Assembly (NCBI GenBank): GCA_048938895.1
Contig: JBHLLU010000039.1
Location: 1-36,209, forward strand
Length of the DNA: 36,209 nt
Origin: Promethearchaeota archaeon
GTDB taxonomy: Archaea; Asgardarchaeota; Lokiarchaeia; Sigyniarchaeales; SOKP01
Direction: 5' to 3'
Shown one piece after another: positions 9,747 through 18,130 of this stretch. The notes under the pieces were generated by a model. It saw only the letters and a program-made list of their open reading frames with translations. It searched no databases and was not told the DNA's origin. The first letter of the stretch is position 1. Each line of letters opens with the position of its first letter. The position numbers and the translations under genes were made by a program.

Positions 9747-10487
9747 TTATTTATTTAATAGGGTACTCATACTTTTCACAATACTTTCAATTTCGTTATC
9801 AAAAGTTTGAACTTGGTTGACAAAAATGTTGTTTACCTCAAGTAATTGTGATATAACATATTCAGGAGATTTAATAATTTGTTTAGCTAGCTTCATAGCT
9901 TCATTTAAGACTTGACCTTTATCGACCAATTTATTAATTATATTTAATCGATACGCTTCTTCTGCGGATATGAAAGTTTCTCTACTAGCAGTATTTAAGG
10001 TAATTTCAAGTGCTTTACCTCGACCTACTAGCATTAGATAAGGAAAAAAAAGCGGACATGCTCCAAATCTGATTTCTGGGTGCCCAAACAGAGTACCTTT
10101 GGAGGCAACTCGGAGGTGGCAGATAACTGCAAGATCAAATCCCCCTGCTAAAGCATAACCATTTATTGCGGCTATTAATAATTTCGGAAATTCAAAAACT
10201 GTCTGATGAAATAGATGATTAGAGGCAATAAAATGTTGATAATTACCAGTTCCCTGAATGACCGCTTGTACTTCATCTCTATCAAATCCAGCAGTAAAAA
10301 TTTCTTCTCCTCCATATATTATAACTACTTTAATTCTTTTTTCTTCTTTCAGTAATTCTAGTGCTTCGATTATTTCAGTTCTCATTACGTCGTTCATTGC
10401 ATTTTTTTTGTCGGGACGATTAAGGTGAAGAATTCCTATATTCCCTTTTCTCTTAACATTTAAAAACTGAAATTCTTTATGTATCAA
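9747..10487 (-). CDS. Enoyl-CoA hydratase/isomerase family protein
   Basis: Motifs LNRPDKKNAM, FTAGFD, IAAINGYALAGG and FGHPEIRFG. The TTG start at 10487 is preferred because the ORF-track GTG is part of the SD (GAGGTGA). Confidence 0.92.
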   Translation of the reverse strand: MIHKEFQFLNVKRKGNIGILHLNRPDKKNAMNDVMRTEIIEALELLKEEKRIKVVIIYGGEEIFTAGFDRDEVQAVIQGTGNYQHFIASNHLFHQTVFEFPKLLIAAINGYALAGGFDLAVICHLRVASKGTLFGHPEIRFGACPLFFPYLMLVGRGKALEITLNTASRETFISAEEAYRLNIINKLVDKGQVLNEAMKLAKQIIKSPEYVISQLLEVNNIFVNQVQTFDNEIESIVKSMSTLLNK

Positions 10488-10659
10488 TTTATTCACCTCA
10501 CTTTTTTATTTTTATTTAGGTAGAAATTAGATAAACACATTTAAATCTCTCTTCATTTTCCATTTTTGTTTTTTAAAAGCTTAATTTTATACAAAAAAGT
10601 AATCCCGTTGACCATTAAAATAAATTATGTGATACTTTCTTACTATTATTACTATTATC

Positions 10660-11316
10660 ATGCAATTCAAAAAAGTCAGCATTTCCATAGGTATCGTAGT
10701 AGTAGTTATTATTTTCGCAATAATCGTCTTAGGATTGATGCAACCAAATAATAGTGAAGATCCATTCGACAATGAAGGCAGGTATGACTCAACCATCCTC
10801 AATAACATGGGTGTGATATATAATGACTCATCGGATATTGCTCACTGGAATAATGGTTATAGTGAGAGTGATAATTGTCCATGGGGCTATGTACATAATG
10901 GCCTTGATTACATGTACTCCAATAATTCTATAGTAATTGCTGCCGCTCCTGGATTAGTAGAGGATATTGAAGTTGGATATCTACCAGCTCCAAATGATAA
11001 CATCTATTTTATTGTAGTTGCGATCAGATTTAATGAATCAATAACAATCAATTACAGTTTTGAAGGGAATTCTGTAGATATCGCAGTGAGAGAGCAACAA
11101 GAATCTATGATAGATGTAGAAATAGGAGATTGGGTAGCCAAGGGGGATAAGATAGGCAGATTCCTTAGACCTGTTGAGTATGATCACATACACTTTGGCG
11201 TGTATCGCAATGATATCGCCATCTGCCCAAGACTTGTCATGGGTGAGGATGATTACAACGGGATCATGAGCTTGGTACATTCTTTTCACCCCACATGGGA
11301 ACTATGTTATCCTTGA
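10660..11316 (+). CDS. Membrane-anchored M23/LytM-like metallopeptidase
   Basis: N-terminal TM helix, HNGLD (HxxxD), VIAAAPGLV, VEIGDWVAKGDKIG and HIHF (HxH). Confidence 0.75.
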   Translation: MQFKKVSISIGIVVVVIIFAIIVLGLMQPNNSEDPFDNEGRYDSTILNNMGVIYNDSSDIAHWNNGYSESDNCPWGYVHNGLDYMYSNNSIVIAAAPGLVEDIEVGYLPAPNDNIYFIVVAIRFNESITINYSFEGNSVDIAVREQQESMIDVEIGDWVAKGDKIGRFLRPVEYDHIHFGVYRNDIAICPRLVMGEDDYNGIMSLVHSFHPTWELCYP

Positions 11317-11547
11317 AAAAAAATGAAAAATTCTATCTTGGACATTTCACAGTAGGATTATCATTAATTGGAGTCAGAGTGATACTTCTTATGATTGTAT
11401 TTTTATGTAGTTTACCACGTGGTTGTTTGAAGAGGATTCGGTGGTAAATTGGATATATTTATAGGTGTATTCTTTTGATTTGGGTTCGATTTATCACTCA
11501 TTTGTCTTTTCCTCCAAAGGTTTTTAAGAGACCTTTTAAATAAAATT

Positions 11548-12396
11548 TTATTCTGAAGTTAAAGCTTTACTAACATCCCATAATCTTTTTTGAATGCTAG
11601 TATTATAAGAATTTTTTGATGATTTTACTTGCTTGCATTTGATCCAATATTTTCCGCTAATATTTTCTACTTCTGGGGAGGATGCTAAAAATATAGAAGT
11701 TTTAGCTCCTTCTTCAGCGCTAACTGTAAACTGTTTAAAAAGTTTCAAAAATCTTCTTGTTCTTTCAGAGAATTCTCGTCCAAAATTTGTTCGTGCAGCT
11801 CCAGGATGAACTACATTAACTGTCACGCCCGAATCTTCCAATCTTCTAGCTAGTTCATAAGTAAACAAAATATTGGCTAATTTCGTATTGTTGTATGCTT
11901 TAAATCTTCCATATTTTTGTTCTAACATCAAATCGTTGAAATCCAATTTTCCACGTTTATGAGATCCTGATGATACGTTAATTATACGTGCTGGAGCACT
12001 TGATTGAAGCATTTCTAACATTAGATTTGTTAGTAAAAAATGCCCTAAATGATTTGTAGCAAAAGTTGTCTCATGACCCATACTATTTGTTTCTCTCTTT
12101 TTTTTCATTATACCTGCGTTATTGATGAGAATATGTAATTTATCATGCGTTGATTTATAATTTTGGACAAATAATCTTATTGAATCATAATCTTGTAAAT
12201 CAGCAATCATTAATTCAATGGATTGGTTTCCAGTGTTATCTTTGATCTCCTTTAAAGCATTGGTCCCCTTCTGTTCATTGCGGCATAACATTACTATTGA
12301 CGCCCCCATCTTTGCAAGACCAATGGCGGTTGCTTTTCCAATACCAGAGTTTGCTCCGCTAATTATACAAGTTCTATTAGATAAGTCAGTCTTCAT
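11548..12396 (-). CDS. Short-chain dehydrogenase/reductase (retinol dehydrogenase-like)
   Basis: Motifs SGANSGIG, LINNAG, TNHLGHFLLT, YNNTK (YxxxK) and VHPG. Confidence 0.95.
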   Translation of the reverse strand: MKTDLSNRTCIISGANSGIGKATAIGLAKMGASIVMLCRNEQKGTNALKEIKDNTGNQSIELMIADLQDYDSIRLFVQNYKSTHDKLHILINNAGIMKKKRETNSMGHETTFATNHLGHFLLTNLMLEMLQSSAPARIINVSSGSHKRGKLDFNDLMLEQKYGRFKAYNNTKLANILFTYELARRLEDSGVTVNVVHPGAARTNFGREFSERTRRFLKLFKQFTVSAEEGAKTSIFLASSPEVENISGKYWIKCKQVKSSKNSYNTSIQKRLWDVSKALTSE

Positions 12397-12493
12397 TATA
12401 ATTAGATAAAATTATGGTTATCATTTTGAATTATCGATTTCGTTCATATTGAATAGAGATTTGTATACCAAAAATAAAATGTCTCTTGGTACT

Positions 12494-12657
12494 AGGTAGA
12501 TTCGAGACACCTAATTAGAATGGAAAGGTAAATTCAGAGTCTGATTTCAATAAAAAATCTGTTGAAAAGACAAGAAAATCTTAAATCCAATAACAATATG
12601 AATGGAAGGGTAAATTTGAAAATGTTAAGTAGATCCAATATTTTTTAAGGTAAACTC
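12494..12657 (+). repeat. Cluster of GGTAAATTC-like motifs, including copies 2 and 3 of the dispersed 16-mer
   Basis: AGGTAGATTC at 12494, ATGGAAAGGTAAATTC at 12520, ATGGAAGGGTAAATTT at 12602 and AAGGTAAACTC at 12647. Confidence 0.6.
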
Positions 12658-12708
12658 TCTTCTTTTCTTTCAAAATAAAAAATTTTACTAAATATACTAC
12701 ATTACAAA

Positions 12709-14223
12709 TTGAATGTAAAAGGAGTACAAAAACCAAGGCAGATTTATGAGAGATATAGAAAGGGTGAACTTGATACAAATTCTATAGTTGAGATTTTCAA
12801 ATCTATAATTGAAGAAGATACCGTTTTATTAAAACGGATACGCGCTATTGAATTTTTAGGCGAAATTAAACCTTATAGCAATAAATTATATGGAGTTCTC
12901 GAATATTGTATAATTTCAGATGTAAACCCTGAAATAAGATTAGCTGCGATCAAAGCAATAATTAACAACTATTTAGAACTCGGATTCGAATCAGTAAGAT
13001 GGGTTATTTCCCATGATAATTCTAATTTAGTTATGATGAATATCTTCGAATTACTAAAGCATAAGACTGATGTAACTTCAAAAGTATTACAAGAAGAAAT
13101 ACTTCAGAGATTTTCTAATATTTTTCAAGTAGTACCTCTCGAGGCAAAATTTTTTATTGATTTGTTTAATGCCTTAAATCAAATCGAAGAGAATTTAGAT
13201 CTTAATATCAATTATACACACAAATTCTCTTTCAAGAATGCTTCACTGCATCATTGTAATGCTGGATTCTATGCGCCTATAATAATCAGTGTCAGAAATA
13301 AACATGCCTATGCTTTAATGTTGGGCGGATTTAAACTAAAAGAATTACCCAAATCTATTTCCTTATTAAAAAAATTGAGATTTCTTACTCTATACAATAC
13401 AGATTTACATCATTTACCTAAGTCTATTCAAAATTTGAAAAACTTATCCTGTTTAAAATTAGCAAGAAACAACTTTAAAAAATTACCAAAGTCTATTTCT
13501 AAATTGGGAAAACTTAGATCTTTAATTTTGAATGAAGAATCCTTGAAGTATATACCAAATCGGATTGGGAAACTTCATAGATTATCTTTTCTTCAGGATT
13601 TATCTGGTAAAATAAGAAAAATTCCAAATTCATTAATAAACATATCAAACCAGAAATTTCTTAAAAGATATATAGATTTAGGAGTTGACAAAACTGAGGC
13701 TCCAATACTGGGTTTATTAGAGCTTCTTAGTGATATCCCCTTAGAAAAAATTGAGTTCTTTGAGGATGAGTTTGATTCAGAAAAATTTGATCCAATCAAT
13801 TCTATGCATTGTTTTAAATTAAATGAGAAAGGTAATATAATTAGACTTTACTTTTATTCTTACCATTATCCATTGGTTTGGATATTACCTAAACAAATAG
13901 ATTTATTACAACATATTAAATGGATATGTCTCTACAATAATACCATTCCACAAATACCTAAAAAAATAGGGAAACTTAAATCACTTGAAATAATGGATTT
14001 ATCAAAAAATTCTATAAAGAAAATACCACTAGCTATTAAAAAGTTAAAGAATTTACAAAATTTGGATCTTTCTATAAATCAAATTAAAAAAATACCGAGA
14101 TTTTTGAAAAATAATCCCATACTAAAGAAGATCGATTTGCTCAGTAATCCTGTATGTAAGAGTAGAAAATTAAATTCCAATTCTCCTGCTAAATTTTCTT
14201 CCTACAAATCCAGCTATAGTTAA
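12709..14223 (+). CDS. Leucine-rich repeat protein with N-terminal HEAT-like repeats
   Basis: HEAT-like segments KRIRAIEFLG and EIRLAAIKAI. Two blocks of about 23-aa LRRs (LKELPKSISLLKKLRFLTL; IPKKIGKLKSLEIMDLSKNSI). TTG start. Confidence 0.9.
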   Translation: MNVKGVQKPRQIYERYRKGELDTNSIVEIFKSIIEEDTVLLKRIRAIEFLGEIKPYSNKLYGVLEYCIISDVNPEIRLAAIKAIINNYLELGFESVRWVISHDNSNLVMMNIFELLKHKTDVTSKVLQEEILQRFSNIFQVVPLEAKFFIDLFNALNQIEENLDLNINYTHKFSFKNASLHHCNAGFYAPIIISVRNKHAYALMLGGFKLKELPKSISLLKKLRFLTLYNTDLHHLPKSIQNLKNLSCLKLARNNFKKLPKSISKLGKLRSLILNEESLKYIPNRIGKLHRLSFLQDLSGKIRKIPNSLINISNQKFLKRYIDLGVDKTEAPILGLLELLSDIPLEKIEFFEDEFDSEKFDPINSMHCFKLNEKGNIIRLYFYSYHYPLVWILPKQIDLLQHIKWICLYNNTIPQIPKKIGKLKSLEIMDLSKNSIKKIPLAIKKLKNLQNLDLSINQIKKIPRFLKNNPILKKIDLLSNPVCKSRKLNSNSPAKFSSYKSSYS

Positions 14224-14299
14224 TGCGTGTTGGGTATGCAATAATGCGCTGGATGAAACCTAAATCTAAAGTGTAATTTTCGTCTGATTGTATTGAAAA

Positions 14300-14863
14300 T
14301 TAACCTGTAGTGCGTAAAAAGAATTTTTTTTCAGCTTTATATGGAGGATAAGAAAATAATTCAACGTGGGATATCCTTGCTATGAAAGGTTTTGTGATCT
14401 GTAAATCAAGATAATTTTGGGAAATTTCCACTGCTTTGGAGATGTCTTGGGTTGGAAGGTCTAGTAGTAGGGTTATATGTGGACTCCACATACTATCTGT
14501 TATTTGATCCAAAACAATCCCTTGGTTTTCTAATGTCTCTAAACAAAGCTTTCTTAAAGATTGAAGATTGCTTGAATATTTAGGATTAAGATAAAAAACT
14601 TGGGTTGCAGGAAAGGTAGTTAAACCAGTAAATTCTAGTGAGAAGGAGTAAAATGTAGAAATTGCAGATTCCAAGGCATCATAATATTGTTGTTTTCTTA
14701 ATTCTTTATGTTCAAATAATGTAATGTGGGGTGGCACTAGCACATATGTATGACCATGCAGATCAGGGGAATTATTTAAAATTTTCTGTAATTCTTTCAA
14801 CTTTTTAGCCGATTTTTCATCAAAACAAACAATGATTCCAGTCCAAAAATCCATGATTCTCAA
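14300..14863 (-). CDS. 2H phosphoesterase (2'-5' RNA ligase family)
   Basis: Two HxT motifs, PPHITL and SPHITL. Confidence 0.85.
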   Translation of the reverse strand: MRIMDFWTGIIVCFDEKSAKKLKELQKILNNSPDLHGHTYVLVPPHITLFEHKELRKQQYYDALESAISTFYSFSLEFTGLTTFPATQVFYLNPKYSSNLQSLRKLCLETLENQGIVLDQITDSMWSPHITLLLDLPTQDISKAVEISQNYLDLQITKPFIARISHVELFSYPPYKAEKKFFLRTTG

Positions 14864-14960
14864 ATTAAATAATCTAATTTAGTTTTAAAATTCATTGGTT
14901 GAAAAGTGGTTGTACTTCCATAGTATTGTGGTGAATATGTAAAAAGGTAACTTTATTAAA

Positions 14961-15815
14961 ATGAGAATCAAAATGATAAATATGAAAATGGAGACTAAAA
15001 TATTATTATCTGGTCTTGAATTTCCAGAGGGACCACGATGGCGAAACGGGAAGTTGTTCTTTTCAGACTTTATTGGAAGAAAAGTTATTACCGTTGATGA
15101 AACAGGTAAATCGAAAATTATAGTAGAAATGCAGGATTCTCCATCAGGATTGGGTTTTTTAAATGATGGTAGGATGCTTATAGTATCAATGCAAAGACGT
15201 TGCCTTATGCGTCTAGATCCAGAAGGATTGAAAATTCATGCGGATTTAAGCAAATTTACAGATTATAACTGCAATGATTCCGTAACTGATACTCATGGAC
15301 GAACTTATATAGGAAATTGGGGCATCAAATCCCTTGAAACCCCCGCTGAGCCCACATGTCTCATCTTGGTAACTAAAGATGGAGATGCAAGAATTATTGC
15401 TGAAAATCTTTTATTTCCCAATGGATGTATTGTAACTCCCAGTTGCAAGACTTTTATTGTAGCAGAAACTTTTGGAAATAAGTTGACTGCTTTTGATATT
15501 GAAAATTCAGGAAATCTAATAAATCGAAGAATTTGGGCTGAAATGAAAGATTTTACACCAGATGGTATATGTCTTGATGAAGAAGGTGCAATCTGGGTCG
15601 CAAATCCATCTAAAGCGGAAGTCTTACGTATTTTGGAGGGAGGGAAAATCACGTCTACTATTAAAGTAAAAGATACAAATGTTTATGCCTGCACTCTGGG
15701 TGGAGAGGATGGAAGAACTCTTTTCCTTTGCACCACTCAATATTTAGAAGGTAAAAGATCAAGCGGGAGAATTGAATTTTTAAAGGTCGAAGTCCCGGGT
15801 GTTGAGATTCCATAA
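14961..15815 (+). CDS. SMP-30/gluconolactonase/LRE family protein
   Basis: Motifs FPEGPRW, CND, FPNG and PDGICLDEEGAIWVA. The start may be one of the downstream ATGs. Confidence 0.93.
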   Translation: MRIKMINMKMETKILLSGLEFPEGPRWRNGKLFFSDFIGRKVITVDETGKSKIIVEMQDSPSGLGFLNDGRMLIVSMQRRCLMRLDPEGLKIHADLSKFTDYNCNDSVTDTHGRTYIGNWGIKSLETPAEPTCLILVTKDGDARIIAENLLFPNGCIVTPSCKTFIVAETFGNKLTAFDIENSGNLINRRIWAEMKDFTPDGICLDEEGAIWVANPSKAEVLRILEGGKITSTIKVKDTNVYACTLGGEDGRTLFLCTTQYLEGKRSSGRIEFLKVEVPGVEIP

Positions 15816-15986
15816 TTTTTTTCTTTTAATGATTATGAAAGGAAGTGAATTTTATTTCACTTAGTTGAAATCAAAACACTTATGTCTTTAAATACTATGT
15901 ATGTTTATTGTAAATTAGGTTTAAAAATGAAACCTAATATAATTAATACATCTGGTGGAAAAAATAAATTAAATTGAAGGTGAAAA

Positions 15987-16907
15987 ATGAACATGGTAAG
16001 TAAGTTTGCGAAAATGTTTATGAAAAAATTAGGAGAACAAAAGGATTTTATCTTCGATATGAAGAATGTAGAGGAATTTAGAAAAGAATTTGAAAAAATG
16101 TTTATAAAGATGAAGCCTGCTAAAGGTATTACCCTTGAAGAAATTCAAATAGGAAATATTCCTGCAGAAAAATATTCGTTAAATTCACAAGACTCAAAAT
16201 TAAGAGTTATGTTATATTTACACGGAGGGGGTTATTTTAGTGGATCTTATATATCTCACCGAAGGTTTGTATCGATATTGTGTAAAAAGTTAAATCTTCA
16301 TGCATACAGCATAAATTACCGGCTTGCTCCAGAAGATCCGTATCCCGCTGGTTTAGATGACGCTTTTTTTGTGTATAAATGGTTGTTGGAAGAGAAATCC
16401 ATTCCCGCAGAAAAGATAATGATTATGGGTGATTCTGCTGGAGGAGGATTGACTCTGGCCTTACTTTATCGAATTGGAATACATAATTTACCTCAACCAA
16501 AAGCAGCTATATGTTTGTCACCCTGGACTGACCTGACCTTAACTAGTGAAACTATGAAGACAAAACTAGATGAAGAGGTTTTTTTTAATCTAGAAAACAT
16601 GGAAACTAGTGCTAGAGCATATCTACAAACGGAGTCTCCAGAAAATCCGGAAATCTCACCTATTTTTGCTGATTTCAATGGATTTCCCCCAATATTTCTA
16701 CAAGTGGGGACAAGAGAAATATTACTTAATGATTCTATAATTATTGCAGAAAAAATGAAAAAACAGGGAGTCTCCGTAACTGTTGATCCGTGGGAAGGAA
16801 TGTTCCACGCGTTTCTAATTTTTATAGCGATTCCAATACTGGGAAAACTGACACCTGAATTTAGAAAAGCCATGAAAAATGTGAAGACATTCGTAGATAA
16901 TCTTTGA
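15987..16907 (+). CDS. Alpha/beta hydrolase, hormone-sensitive lipase-like esterase
   Basis: Motifs HGGG, YRLAPE, GDSAGG, LSPWTD and GMFH. SD GGTGA lies 3 nt upstream. Confidence 0.95.
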   Translation: MNMVSKFAKMFMKKLGEQKDFIFDMKNVEEFRKEFEKMFIKMKPAKGITLEEIQIGNIPAEKYSLNSQDSKLRVMLYLHGGGYFSGSYISHRRFVSILCKKLNLHAYSINYRLAPEDPYPAGLDDAFFVYKWLLEEKSIPAEKIMIMGDSAGGGLTLALLYRIGIHNLPQPKAAICLSPWTDLTLTSETMKTKLDEEVFFNLENMETSARAYLQTESPENPEISPIFADFNGFPPIFLQVGTREILLNDSIIIAEKMKKQGVSVTVDPWEGMFHAFLIFIAIPILGKLTPEFRKAMKNVKTFVDNL

Positions 16908-17009
16908 AAAGATGAATTTGATCAATTTAAGGTATAATCGTCAAGAAAATTTTTTTAATATTATGAATTATGAGAGATATTTGGTATCATATAAACAAGT
17001 TGAGACTTT

Positions 17010-17474
17010 ATGATAGAATTGTTGAAAAAATTGAGCATTGTATGGAAAGAGATGGATGAACAGATACCTCTAATGCGCGAAGCGGTAAGGAAGGACCTTA
17101 AAAAGGATTTCGAAACTTTTGATCATGATGATGCTCATATACAAAGAGAGTTACTTTTTCTCAACGATGCATTAAAATTTTTGCAGAAAAAATGGACAAT
17201 GGATCTTATATATATCATCAGAATTAAAGAAAGACCATTTTTCAATGATATTCGTCGAGCTTTACCAAATATAAATTCACGTACGTTAACAACACGCTTG
17301 AAGGAGTTTGAAGAAAACGATATTGTAATTCGAACAGTAAGCAATACACAACCCATTCGAGTCAGTTATGAACTAACAGATTTAGGAAAAGGTGTGTATG
17401 AGTTATTAATTCCATTACTAATTTTTTTTGCTCGTCAAAAATATCAGAAAGAGAGTCTGGATAATTCTGTTTAA
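17010..17474 (+). CDS. HxlR-family winged-helix transcriptional regulator
   Basis: KKWT...FNDIRRALPNINSRTLTTRLKEFE...PIRVSYELTDLG. Confidence 0.9.
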   Translation: MIELLKKLSIVWKEMDEQIPLMREAVRKDLKKDFETFDHDDAHIQRELLFLNDALKFLQKKWTMDLIYIIRIKERPFFNDIRRALPNINSRTLTTRLKEFEENDIVIRTVSNTQPIRVSYELTDLGKGVYELLIPLLIFFARQKYQKESLDNSV

Positions 17475-17617
17475 ACCACATGAATTTCATTCTCTTTTTT
17501 AATTTGCTCTAAAATTCATTTCTAAGGACAAATTAGAGAAATTAAAAATAAGAAAAGAATAATAAACAAATCGTCATTTATAAGTTATATTCTATCTAAT
17601 TGTAAGGTGTAATTAAT

Positions 17618-18130
17618 CTGTGGATAAAAAGAAATTATGAAAAATGCAGTGGATGCAGAAGATGTGAGATCGCGTGTTCTCTACATCACGAAGGGAAAAT
17701 TTGGCCAGAAGCTTCAAGGGTAAGAGTTTTTATGTTTGTCCCAGGAGTTGAAATACCACATCTCTGCTTTCAATGTGATGATCACCCATGTGTTGAGGAA
17801 TGTCCCGAGGAAGCCTTATTGATAGATGTTCAAACAGGAGCTATAATTACTGACACATCGAAATGTACCGCATGTGGAGTATGCATTAATGCGTGTCCTG
17901 GAAGGGTACCACATCTCCATCCTCAAGATGATCATATAGTAATTTGTGATTTCTGCGGTGGAGAACCAAAATGTACGGCTGTTTGTCAAGAAGGGAAGTG
18001 GGATGCTTTGATTCTCTTAGAGAATCAAGATATTGAAAAAAATCCCGTAAAGATCCCTAAGGAACTAGCATATGAAACTGCGAGGAAGATATTAGGTGAA
18101 AAAATAACTGAAGAGGTGTATGAATGGTGA
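17618..18130 (+). CDS. 4Fe-4S polyferredoxin (DmsB/AorA-like) partner of the AOR
   Basis: Cys groups CSGCRRCEIAC (upstream of the ORF-track ATG at 17732), CFQCDDHPCVEECP, CTACGVCINACP and CDFCGGEPKCTAVC. The start is inferred at CTG 17618 (or ATT 17612) behind GGTGT. The gene overlaps the AOR start. Confidence 0.9.
   Translation: MWIKRNYEKCSGCRRCEIACSLHHEGKIWPEASRVRVFMFVPGVEIPHLCFQCDDHPCVEECPEEALLIDVQTGAIITDTSKCTACGVCINACPGRVPHLHPQDDHIVICDFCGGEPKCTAVCQEGKWDALILLENQDIEKNPVKIPKELAYETARKILGEKITEEVYEW

Noticed and set aside
11317-11547. Hydrophobic open stretches (KFYLGHFTVGLSLIGVRVILLMIVFLC...) suggesting a decayed membrane-protein gene
   Set aside because: No in-frame start at the front and no recognisable homology. 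T-rich DNA gives hydrophobic translations by chance.
12494-12657. Repeat cluster as a CRISPR array
   Set aside because: Units are 16 bp or shorter, spacing is irregular (about 32, 82 and 40 nt), and no cas genes are present.
12581-12778. 65-aa minus-strand ORF
   Set aside because: It overlaps the LRR gene start and promoter region and has low-complexity AT-driven composition.
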